A stretch of DNA of 64,000 nt from an uncultured Planctomycetia bacterium (GTDB lineage: Bacteria; Planctomycetota; Planctomycetia; Pirellulales; PALSA-1355), in assembly GCA_963699445.1 (NCBI GenBank), contig CAVOTX010000009.1, positions 208,735 through 272,734 on the forward strand, given 5' to 3'. Position numbers and translations under genes: made by a program. Shown here piece by piece: positions 46,955 to 56,676 of the stretch (positions are counted from its first letter, which is position 1; every line of letters starts with the position of its first letter). The notes beneath the pieces are model-generated. The model saw only the letters and a program-made list of their open reading frames with translations. It did no database searches and was not told the origin of the DNA.

Positions 46955-46960
46955 CGAAAC

Positions 46961-47290
46961 ATGCCACGTGCACCGACGACAACCGACGTATTCAACGCCA
47001 TCGCCGAGCCCCGCCGGCGACAGATTGTCGAGTTGCTTGCGCGGCGCGGGGCCCTGGCTGTTGGAACGCTGGTCGTAACGCTGGGGCTTCCGCAGCCGGC
47101 TGTCTCGAAGCACCTTGGCGTGCTGCGCAAGGTCGGCGTGGTCGCGGTGATCAAGCAAGGCAAACAACGCGTGTACAACCTGGAAGCGGAGAAGCTGAAA
47201 ACCGTGCATGACTGGGTAAAGGCCTTTGAAGAGCTCTGGGGCCATCAACTCGACCGCATCAAGGAGCGCGCCGAGCAGCCGAGCGCGTGA
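46961..47290 (+). CDS. ArsR/SmtB-family transcriptional repressor
   Basis: DVFNAIAEPRRRQI, QPAVSKHLGVLR and GKQRVY motifs. Confidence 0.93.
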   Translation: MPRAPTTTDVFNAIAEPRRRQIVELLARRGALAVGTLVVTLGLPQPAVSKHLGVLRKVGVVAVIKQGKQRVYNLEAEKLKTVHDWVKAFEELWGHQLDRIKERAEQPSA

Positions 47291-47335
47291 ACAAACGGAA
47301 TCGCCAACACCCCTCAAACCCCGGAAAGGACAATC

Positions 47336-47809
47336 ATGAAAACGGACACCAGTGAACGACAGTCAGTCGAATCTTTCGAGATCTGCAAGGAGATCGAGAT
47401 TTCGGCGCCGATCGACATCGCCTTCGAAGCCATGCTGGACGAGCTTGGTCCGGAAGGGCAGATGCCCGGCGGCAAGCCGTTCCCGATGAAAATCGAGCCG
47501 TGGCCCGGCGGACGCTGGTACCGCGACCTCGGCAACAATTCCGGCCACCTTTGGGGCCATGTGCAGGTCATCAAGCCGCCGACGCTCCTGGAGATTTGCG
47601 GGCCGCTGATGATGTCGTACCCGGCGGTCAATCACCTGCAATACCGCTTCAAGGCGGAGGGGGGCGTGACGCGCCTGGCGTTCCTCCACCGCGCCATGGG
47701 ATCGATCCTGCCCGAACATCGCGACGGCTTGCCCAAAGGCTGGGAGTACTGGCTGGAGCGCATTCGCGAGCTGGCGGAACGCAAGAATCGGAAGGAGACA
47801 CAACGATGA
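47336..47809 (+). CDS. SRPBCC/AHSA1-domain protein
   Basis: EIEISAP, EPWPGGRWYRD and GWEYWLERI; typical partner of this ArsR subgroup. Confidence 0.85.
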   Translation: MKTDTSERQSVESFEICKEIEISAPIDIAFEAMLDELGPEGQMPGGKPFPMKIEPWPGGRWYRDLGNNSGHLWGHVQVIKPPTLLEICGPLMMSYPAVNHLQYRFKAEGGVTRLAFLHRAMGSILPEHRDGLPKGWEYWLERIRELAERKNRKETQR

Positions 47810-48079
47810 GCGCTTGCTGCGATGCCGCCAGCGACCGGAAAACGCCGACGTGGGTGCGAAGAGTCCGAGAGATTTTTGCATGGGTCCTCCCGAGCGCCAT
47901 CCTGGTGTTGGTGCCCAAGTGTCCCGCTTGCCTGGCAGCGCACGTGACGCTTTGGACCGGACTCGGCCTGTCGCTTTCCACGGCAACCTACCTGCGCTGG
48001 GTGCTGCTGTTCGCTTTGCGTCGCCTCATTGCTCTTCCTGATTGTGAAACGTCTGGATCGCATCGGGGCCATCTTTAGT
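47806..48079 (+). CDS. Small membrane protein with CC and PKCPAC motifs (frameshift near 48012)
   Basis: MSACCDAAS...WVLPSAILVLVPKCPACLAAHVTLWTGLG. Confidence 0.65.
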
Positions 48080-48102
48080 TACTTCAAAAAGGAGACCGAA
48101 CC

Positions 48103-48930
48103 ATGCAACACCAAATCGTAAGTCGAGAGGAATGGCTTGCAGCCCGGCTCGGGCTGCTCAAGGAGGAGAAGGAGCTAACGCGGCGCAGCGACGAGCTGGC
48201 GCGGCGGCGGCAGGAGCTGCCGTGGGTTCGGATCGACAAGGAGTATCGATTCGAGACCGACGAAGGGAGCGCCTCGCTGGCAGACCTCTTCCGAGGGCGC
48301 TCGCAGCTCCTCGTCTACCACTTCATGTTCGGGCCCGACTACACGGCGGGGTGTCCGTCCTGCTCGTCGATCGCGGACGGGTTCAACGGCTTCGTCGTCC
48401 ACCTGGCGAACCACGACGTCACGCTTTCGGCGGTGTCGCGGGCGCCGCTTGCGAAGCTGCAGGCGTACAAGCGGCGGATGGGGTGGACGTTTCCCTGGGC
48501 GTCCTCGCTCGGCAGCGACTTCAACTTCGACTTCAACGTCTCGCTCACCGAGGAGCAACAGCGCGAGGGGGCCGTCGAATACAACTACCGGCGCGAGCCG
48601 GCGTTGACGGTACGCGGGATCGGCGACTCACTGACGAAACGCGGCGAGGGGCCTGTCGCCGAGATCGCGGCCATGACCGGAACCGACGTGGCCACGTACA
48701 CGCGCGAGAGGCCGGGCATGAGCGCGTTCGTGCTCGAGGACGGCGTCGTCTACCACACCTATTCCACCTATGCGCGCGGACTGGACGGCCTCTGGGGCAT
48801 GTACCAGTGGCTCGACCGCGCCCCCAAGGGGCGCAACGAGACGGGCATCTGGTGGCGCCGCCACGACGAATACGAGCCGCTTCCTCAAAACGCCGGCTCG
48901 TGTTGCCACGCGGCGGAGGCGCACGCGTGA
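48103..48930 (+). CDS. DUF899 thioredoxin-like protein
   Basis: EWLAARLGLLKEEKELTR, LPWV, YHFMFGP...CPSCS, YHTYSTYARG and LDRAPKGRNE motifs. Confidence 0.9.
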   Translation: MQHQIVSREEWLAARLGLLKEEKELTRRSDELARRRQELPWVRIDKEYRFETDEGSASLADLFRGRSQLLVYHFMFGPDYTAGCPSCSSIADGFNGFVVHLANHDVTLSAVSRAPLAKLQAYKRRMGWTFPWASSLGSDFNFDFNVSLTEEQQREGAVEYNYRREPALTVRGIGDSLTKRGEGPVAEIAAMTGTDVATYTRERPGMSAFVLEDGVVYHTYSTYARGLDGLWGMYQWLDRAPKGRNETGIWWRRHDEYEPLPQNAGSCCHAAEAHA

Positions 48931-49270
48931 ACACTCGCCACTGCTGCCAGACAGCGACGCGGGACCGGGGCAACGCTCGTTGGCCCGCGTCGCGCTGGAG
49001 CCGCGTTGATGAGATCGCCGATTGGACCGCTGCCAGCGCGGCATTGGCGCTGCTTGTTTGAGTGCCAGCCGGCTGAGTGCCAGACGGCTGAGTGCCAGAC
49101 GGCTGAGTGCCGGCCGGCGGATCGGCGTTTCCTGGCCGACTTGGGCCTGCGGCGTCTGGGTATTCCTGCTTTTCCTGGTCGCGAGGGCGGCTCGGGTCTT
49201 GTTTGCGGTGCTCTGCCTGGGCTACGATACCATCCAGTGCAAGACTGCTCATGGCTGGGCAGTCCTGTGA
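48927..49270 (+). pseudogene. Degenerate paralogue of the PKCPAC membrane protein
   Basis: VNTRHCCQT...EIADWTAASAALALLV, then a stop and a tandem repeat where PKCPxC is expected. The hydrophobic tail IGVSWPTW... continues afterwards. Confidence 0.45.
49059..49118. repeat. Tandem repeat, 4 x 15 bp
   Basis: TGAGTGCCAGCCGGC, TGAGTGCCAGACGGC x2 and TGAGTGCCGGCCGGC. Confidence 0.92.
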
Positions 49271-49283
49271 CAACCGACTATTG

Positions 49284-49327
49284 AAAGTCCGCCCGAACCA
49301 ATCTGCTGGTCCGTGCGGACTTTTTTT
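49284..49327 (+). terminator. Probable intrinsic terminator
   Basis: AAAGTCCGC...GCGGAC stem followed by T7. Confidence 0.6.
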
Positions 49328-49352
49328 ATTTGTTGCTGCCAGGTGAACGCGG

Positions 49353-50884
49353 ATGCCGCATACGCAGATTCAGGCCCTGTATCGAGAACTGCAGAGTTAC
49401 GTCGGCTGGACGGAGGACGATGCGTCCAGGGTTCGCCAGACCGCCAGTCTGCCTCGAGCCGCGTTTTCCGGCCTTGATCGACGACTTCTACCGCCAGATC
49501 ACGCGCCATCCGAACGTCAGCCGGACGATCACGGGCGGCGAAGCGCAGATTGAGCGGCTCAAAAGCGCGCTGCACGCCTGGCTGCGGGGGCTCGTTTCCG
49601 GCCAGTACGATGCCCAGTACGTCAGCCGCCGCTGGCAGGTTGGCATGCGGCACGTGGAAGTCGGGCTGGACGAGGCCTTCACCAGCGTGGCGCTGGCTCG
49701 CCTGCGGCGCGGGCTGCTGCGCAGCCTCAGCGAAGCGTGGCCGGGCGAACCGCGCGAGTTGCTGGCGACGCGCGAATCGCTCAACCTCCTGCTCGACCTG
49801 GATCTGGCCATCATTGCCGACGCGTATCAGTCGGAATTTCGCGCCTTCCGAACGCTGCCCGCGATTGCCCTGGTGCTCGACCCTGAAGGACGGATCGTCC
49901 GCTTCAATGCCTACATGGAGGAGCTCTCAGGCTATCGACTCGCCGACGTAAAGGGCAAGGATTTTTTTTCCACCTTTCTGCCGGCGTCGATCCGCGCCCG
50001 GACTGCGCACCGCTTTCGAGCAGACGCTGCATGACAAACAAATCGGCGCAAGCGTGCATGCGATCCAGACTCGCGACGGGCGACAACGGCAGATCAAGTG
50101 GGCCAATAAGATCTTGGCCGATGCCCAAGGGCGGCCGTCGCTGGTGCTGGAAATCGGTCACGACGTCACGGACTTGCAGGAAGCGCAGGATAAGGCGTTG
50201 CAAGCCGAGCGGCTGGCGGCGATCGGCGAAATGATGGCCGGCCTGACGCACGAGAGCCGCAATGCGCTGCAGCGCAGCAAGGCCTGCCTGGAAATGCTCG
50301 AATTGGAGGTGGCCGACCGGCCCACGGCGCTCGACCTGGTCGGACGATTGAACAGGGCTCAGGAGCACCTGCAACGGCTGTACGAAGAAGTCCGCCATTA
50401 CGCGGCGCCGATCCGGCTCAGCCGCGAGCCGTGCGACCTGCGGCACCTGTGGCAGGAGATCTGGTCCCAATTGGCCCCCTTGCACCCGCACAAGCAGGTC
50501 GCCTTCGAGGAGCAGGTCTCGCAGGTCGAGGACTTCCGCTGCCTGGCGGATCGCTTCGCCATGGGGCAAGTGTTTCGCAACATCCTGGAAAACGCCTTGG
50601 CGGCGGTTCCCGACTCCGGCCGGATTGTGGTTTCCGCCGCGGAAACGATAATCGAGGGTGCCCCGGCCCTGGAAATCGGCTTTGCCGACGATGGCCCGGG
50701 ACTCGACGCCAGCCAGCGGCAGCGGATCTTCGAGCCGTTTTTTACCACCAAGACCAAGGGCACCGGGCTGGGCATGGCAATTGCAAAACGCATCGTCGAA
50801 TCCCACGGCGGCCAGATCGGCGTGCGGGACCGCTCGTCGCCGGGCGCCGAGATTGCCGTCGTCTTGCCGCGAGGGAATGTATGA
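49353..50884 (+). CDS. Protoglobin (globin-coupled)-PAS-histidine kinase (frameshifted)
   Basis: YVGWTEDD, IDDFY, VGMRHVEVGL globin pattern; PAS LDPEGRIVRFN...LSGY; HESRN, DDGPG, EPFFTTK and GTGLG. Confidence 0.82.
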
Positions 50885-51477
50885 GCGACGAATCGCTGCG
50901 GATTTGCGTGGCCGACGACGAAGCCGACATGCGAGACTTCTTCGAGAAGATCTTGCCCGTGTTCGGCCATCACGTGGTCTCGGTCGCCGAAACGGGCCGC
51001 GAGCTGGTCGAGCACTGCCGCGAGCTCAAGCCCGATCTGGTCATCACCGACATCAAGATGCCGGACATGGACGGCATCGAGGCGGCACATGTGATTTGTG
51101 CCGAGCGTGCCGTTCCCGTGATCCTGGTGTCGGCGTATCACGATCCGGCGCTGATCAAGCGTGCCGAAGCGGACCATGTGTTGGCCTATCTGGTCAAGCC
51201 GGTCGGCAAGTCGGACCTGGCCCCGACAATTGCGTTAGCCGTGCGGCGTTTCCGCGAGTTGCAGGCGCTGCGCAAAGAAGCGGCCGACCTGCGGCAGACG
51301 CTCTCCGATCGGAAACTAATCGAGCAAGCCAAAGGCATCCTGATGCGGGCCACAGGGCTGTCCGAAAAGGACGCCTTTCGCCGCCTGCAGGAATTGGCCT
51401 CCGAGCGCAACCAAAAGCTGGTCGACGCAGCGCAGATCATCCTGAGCCTGGAAAAAACGCTGCGCCCGGGGGCGTAG
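50881..51477 (+). CDS. Response regulator with an ANTAR RNA-binding domain
   Basis: Receiver domain (VADDE, DIKMP, YLVKP) plus RKLIEQAKGILM...SEKDAFRRLQ. Confidence 0.93.
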   Translation: MSDESLRICVADDEADMRDFFEKILPVFGHHVVSVAETGRELVEHCRELKPDLVITDIKMPDMDGIEAAHVICAERAVPVILVSAYHDPALIKRAEADHVLAYLVKPVGKSDLAPTIALAVRRFRELQALRKEAADLRQTLSDRKLIEQAKGILMRATGLSEKDAFRRLQELASERNQKLVDAAQIILSLEKTLRPGA

Positions 51478-51566
51478 TGGGGCGGATCATCGGCCAGAAC
51501 AATGGCTCGCACCCCGATTGAGTCCTCCCGACTTTTTTGGCGATTGGCGATATCCGCCATCACGAT

Positions 51567-51593
51567 GCTCCGCCTCTCTCGGCGGGGCTTTTT
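51567..51593 (+). terminator. Probable intrinsic terminator
   Basis: GCTCCGCC-tctctc-GGCGGGGC followed by T5. Confidence 0.65.
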
Positions 51594-51613
51594 CATCTCG
51601 GTAGGATGAGGGG

Positions 51614-51926
51614 ATGAAATTCTCGCTTAGGAAACTGTTTTTGAGCGTGACCCTGTTTGCGGTGGCGCTCGCTTGCCCTTGCCGTGCTGAGGCCGATTGG
51701 TCCGTTCGGGCCTTATTACTTGATCGTCGTCCACGAAGCCGCAATCGTGATTTGCGGGGCAACCGCCGGCGCAGCAATCGGTGTGCTCGCTCGATGGCCA
51801 CTTGTTTGTGCTACGGCCGGCGCATTTGTCGGATTCATCGCGGGCGCGTGGGAGCACTTCCGCGCGGCACTTTTGACTCTGCCACGGTGCGGACGCCCCG
51901 ATCCCTGCAAAAATAATTTCAAATGA
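51614..51926 (+). CDS. Small 'FSLR'-type membrane protein (frameshifted)
   Basis: MKFSLRKLFLSVTLFAVAL, continued by hydrophobic segments in a second frame. Confidence 0.45.
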
Positions 51927-52028
51927 CCCCACTACCCAGCCGCCAGGATGTTTGAGTCCGTCCGCTCAGGATGTTAGCATCAGGGGCGGTTGATCTGTCG
52001 CTGCCCTCCTGGCCTGGGAGTTTGGCCG

Positions 52029-54189
52029 ATGTTCTCGCTCCACAACCGGCCGGTCAAGTTGTGCGATGGCATCAGCCGCCGCGAAATGCTCCGCGTGGGC
52101 GGCCTCGGCGCATTGGGCCTGTCGCTGCCCGGCCTGCTAAGGGCGGCGGGAAAACGCACCGCTGGGCGTGCTGCCCAGCGATAAGACGTTCGGACAGGCC
52201 AAGAGCGTGATCTTTCTGTTTCTGCAGGGCGGGCCGCCGCAGCACGAAACGTTCGACCCCAAGCCCGATGCCCCGGTCGAGATTCGCGGCCCCTTCAAGC
52301 CGATCTCCACCACCGTGCCGGGCGTGCAGTTCTGCGAGCTGTTGCCCCGCACCGCCCGCATCGCGCACAAGCTGGCCGTCGTCCGTTCGATGGCGACCGA
52401 CGACAACAACCACGATTCGAGCGGCTACTGGGTGCAGACCGGCTACAAGTATCAGGGGCCGAACTCGCGCACGATCCAGCCCACCGATTGGCCCTACTTC
52501 GGTTCGATCGTCAAACAGCTCAAGCCCAGCGACGTGCTGCCGCCGCTCTCCAGCGTGTGGATTCCGGACATCATGCGGCTGAACGAAAGCGTCACGCCGG
52601 CCGGCCAGACCGCCGGTATCTTGGGACGTCAGTGGGATCCCGACGTGTTCGTCGGCGATCCGTCGGCCGCCAATTACAAAGTCGAGGGGTTACGGCTCTC
52701 CGACATTCCGCCGCTGCGGCTCCAGCAACGAGAATCGCTGTTGCGGCAGGTCGAGCGGCACTTCAGCCAGGCGGAGCGCAGCGAGTCGGTGCGGATCTAC
52801 GACAAATTCCAGCAGCAGGCACTGGACTTGCTCACCTCGAACCGCGCCCGCGAAGCGTTTGCCCTGGAAAAGGAGCCGGACAAAGTCCGCGACCGTTACG
52901 GCCGCAGCCCGTGGGGGCAATGCGTGCTGCTGGCCCGGCGGTTGGTCGAGGCGGGAGTGCGGCTGGTCCATGTGAGTTGGCCGCGCGAGCCGGGGGACAA
53001 CGCGGTCGACAATCCGCTCTGGGACACGCACGCCCAGAACTTCGACCGGGTCGAGGACGTGCTCTGTCCGCAGTTCGACGTCGGCTTTACCGCCTTGATC
53101 GACGACCTGGAATCGCGCGGCCTGCTCGGCGAGACGCTGGTCGTGGCCATCGGCGAGTTCGGCCGCACGCCGCAGGTGAACGCCAACGGCGGACGCGATC
53201 ATTGGGGGCCGGTGTTCAGTTTCGCCCTGGCCGGGGCGGGCATCAGCGCCGGGCAGGTCTACGGAGCCAGCGACAAGAACGGGGCCTATCCGGCTCGCGA
53301 CCGCGTGCAAGGGGGCGACCTGACCGCCACGATCTTCCACTTGCTCGGCATCCCACCGCAGAGCACGTTCCGCGATCGCGAGGGGCGAGAACATCCGCTC
53401 ACGCTCGGTCACCCGCTGTATCCGCTGTTGGGTCTCGAAGAGGCCACGAGCGAGCGCAGCCGACCCGGGGGCGACGTGGCCCGGGTGCCCCCCTACGACC
53501 AGAGCCTGCTGCTCAACACCGATTTCCAGGCCCCGCTGCCGCTCTTGCCGGCCGAAGGCGACTCGCGCCCCAAAGGCTGGCGGGCGGCGCCGCTGGTCAG
53601 CGCCCAATCGGGCGACAACCTGGCCGCGCAGTTGGTTGCCGCCGCGGCGGCGCCAGCGACGGTGGCCAAGCAGCATGTGGCGATCGGTTTCGGCCTGGCC
53701 GCGGGCACGGGCGCCTTCAAGATCGACCACGGGGCCACGGTGCTCTTGGCCCAGGAGGTGCGCAGCCCGTTCGCCGGCACGTACCACTGGCGCGTCCACC
53801 TGCGCGGCGAAGCCAGCTCGCGAGAATTGTTCGAAAACGTGCTGCTCAAGCACTTCACCTGCCGCTTGCAGTTCTTTTCCTTCCTGGACAAAGTCAAACG
53901 ATCGACCGATCGCAAGGAGCTGGCGTCCGTCACGTTTCAACCCAGGTTCTTTGCCCCGGACGAAGCGGGCAGCGAGACGTTCGAGCTGGCCAAGGAATTC
54001 ATCAATCCGAGCCCCGGCCAGAATTACTCGTTCGGCCCTGGCCTGGGAGTGGCGATCCTGCTGGAAAAAACGTCCGAGGGCGTGCTCGAATTGCCGGCGA
54101 CCGGCCTGCCGCAGCGGGCCTTGTTGCGGATTACCGGCGTGCAGATTGAATTTGCCGGCAAGGAGCGGAACAAGGACGTGCGGGTTTAA
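52029..54189 (+). CDS. DUF1501-family protein with a Tat-like leader and a C-terminal extension (frameshift near 52150)
   Basis: CDGISRREML, FLQGGPPQHETFDPKP, LARRLVEAGV, WDTH, GEFGRTP and GRDHW motifs. Confidence 0.92.
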
Positions 54190-54288
54190 AATCGCACGAA
54201 AAACAACTTCGGCTTCTGGCAGACCCTCACCCTACCCTCTCCCTGCAGGGAGAGGGGTTGGGCACCGCGGCTATTTTTCGTTCACACC
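54190..54288 (+). repeat. ~100-bp MITE-like repeat, copy 4
   Basis: CGCACGAAAAACAACTTCGGC...CCCTCACCCTACCCTCTCCCTGCAGGGAGAGGGG...TATTTTTCGTTCACACC. Abuts the DUF1501 TAA stop. Confidence 0.88.
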
Positions 54289-54350
54289 GTAGGCGTCGCG
54301 GCTTGTAAGTTCATTTTTCTCCGGCAACGACTGGCAGGACATCGCCATCC

Positions 54351-56658
54351 GTGAATCGTTATCGCGCAGTCACCTTTGTGCTGGCCGGTTTTTCGGCCCA
54401 TGCGATCGTATGGGCCGGCTCGGCTGCATTGGCTCAGCCGCCGACGCTTGCGCACGTGCTGCCGGCCGCCGTGCATCCCGGCGAAACTACGTTGCTCACC
54501 TTCCGCGGACAAAACCTGACCGGCGCAAACGGCCTGTGGACCGGCTTTGACGCGGCTTCGGCTTTGGCCGGCGACTTGCCCGGCCAGGATGCGGCCCAGG
54601 TGGCTTTTCGAGTGACGGTCCCGGCCGATGCGGTTCCTGGAATCGTCGGCCTGCGGGTCGCAACCGGCGGAGGCATTTCCAACCTGCTGTTGGTGCTGAT
54701 CGACGATCTGGCCAGCGTTGCGGACAACGGTCAAAGCCATTCTGCCGAAACGGCCCAGCCGATCACGTTGCCCGTGGCCATCGACGGGGCCTGCGATCCG
54801 GAGAGTTGCCGCTGCTACCGGTTCGCGGCGACCCGGGGGCAGCGACTCGCCGTCGAAGCCTTTGCCCGGCGACTGGGCTCGCCGCTGGATCCCCAGCTCC
54901 GCCTTCTGGATGAAGCGGGTCGCGAGCTGGCCTTTAGCGACGACGAGCCGGGGCTGGGCGCCGATTGCCGCTTTGCGGTCGTGATTCCGGCCGACGGTAC
55001 GTATCGGGTCGAGATTCGCGATGTTGGTTATCAGGGCGGCTCCGAATTCCGCTATCGCTTACGGTTCGGTGATTTTCCGCTGCTGACCGCGCCCTTCCCC
55101 CTGGCCGTGCGGAAAGGAACCTCCGAGACGATTTCGATCGCCGGGCCCGGCAACGTCTCGGCAGCCACGGCGCTGGTTCAGATGCCGTCCGACGTTCCGG
55201 CCGGCGCTGCGGGTGGCGGCCAGGCTGCCGGGCGGCGCGGGCTCGGCCTTCGCCACCCTTGAGGCCAGCGACGTGGCCGAAATGCAGGAGACCGAGCCCA
55301 ATGACCAACCGGCCCAGAGCAGCGAGATTGCGGTTCCCGGTGGCCTGAGCGGCCGTTTCCAGCAGCCGCGCGACCGCGACTATTATCATTTTTCGGCCCG
55401 GGCCGGCGAGCGTTTGGCGATCGCAGGGCACTCGCGGCGCTCGGGCTCGACGAGCGAATTGTTTTTGCGGCTGCTCGGTCCCGACGGCCGGCCGATCGCG
55501 CAAAGCGACGACTCGCGGGCCAGCGACGGCGACCTGGTCGCGACGCTTCCCACGGACGGCACGTATCGGCTATCGGTCGAAGAGCTGAATCATCGCGGCG
55601 GGCCGGAGCAGGTTTATCGCGTCGAGGTCAAGCCACTCGCGCCAGGCTTCTCGCTCACGGCCGATCGGGATCGGGCCAACCCGCCGCAAGGCGGAGTGCT
55701 GGCGGTGAACGTAACCGCCGCCCGGCGCGATTTCGCCGGACCGATCAAACTCTCCGTGGCCTCGCTGGGCGACGGAGTGACGCTGGCCAGTGACGTGATT
55801 GCCGCCGACGCCGCCGAAACCACGCTCAAGATCACGCTGCCGCCGACGATCGGCACAGGCACGTGGCATCAACTGGCCATCGTCGGCAGTGGCACGCTCG
55901 GCGAAACGACGATCACCTCGCCGGTCACCACGACGGCCGCATTGCGCCGGCAGATCCCGGCATTGGCGATCGTGCCGCCGGGGCTCGACCGGGCGATCGC
56001 CGTCGGTGTGGGCCCGGTCTTTCCGCCGTTCTATCAGTTGGCGATCGAGCCAGCCGAACCGGTACTGCCACAGATCGTGGCCGCGGGCAGCTTCAAGATC
56101 AAGGTCCAGCGGCTGCATGATTTTGCCGATCCGATTGCCATTGCCATCGCCGGGCTGCCGCCGGGCGTCGAAGCCAAAGTCGGGCCGATTGCCCAGGGCC
56201 AGAACGAAGCGACGGTTGCGCTGTCGGCCGCGGGCCGGCTGGAATTGGGCGCCGTGCAACTGCGCATCACGGCGACCGGCATTCATCAGGATCAGCCGCA
56301 AACGGTGGTGGCCGAGCCCACGTTGCGGATCATCAAGCCGCTCGTGGTCAGCCTGCAGCCGGCCGGCCCGATCGTTGCCGGGGGCAAGCAACAGCTCAAG
56401 GTGCAGTTGATTCGCTTTGGGCCGAATCCGGCGCCGGTAAAAGTGACTTTCAAGAACATTCCAACCGGCGTTACGGTGCCTGCGGAGCTGACGATTCCGG
56501 CGGATAAGAGCGAAGCCGACGTGGAGCTGACCGCGGCGGCAGGCGCGCCGGCCGGCAAGGCTGAAGCGTTTGCCGCGATCGCCACCACGATCGTCCAGGA
56601 AGAAGCGATCAGCGTCGAGAGTCCTGCGTCCCTCCTTGAAGTCAGTCCGGCCCCGTAG
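54351..56658 (+). CDS. Secreted PPC-domain/Ig-repeat protein of DUF1501 clusters (frameshift near 55200)
   Basis: Signal peptide; ARRLGSPLDP, PADGTYRVEIRD and ETEPND...DRDYY motifs; repeated beta modules. Confidence 0.82.
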
Positions 56659-56676
56659 CCAAACAGCCGTCGTAAA

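Noticed and set aside
51478-51600. ANTAR dual-hairpin target RNA before the terminator downstream of the ANTAR gene
   Set aside because: An AATGGC loop-like word is present, but the flanking bases do not form the required stems.
46747-51930. Extension of the tRNA island across the ArsR and ANTAR genes
   Set aside because: I found no further copy of the tRNA 3' end and no integrase, so a larger island boundary cannot be supported.
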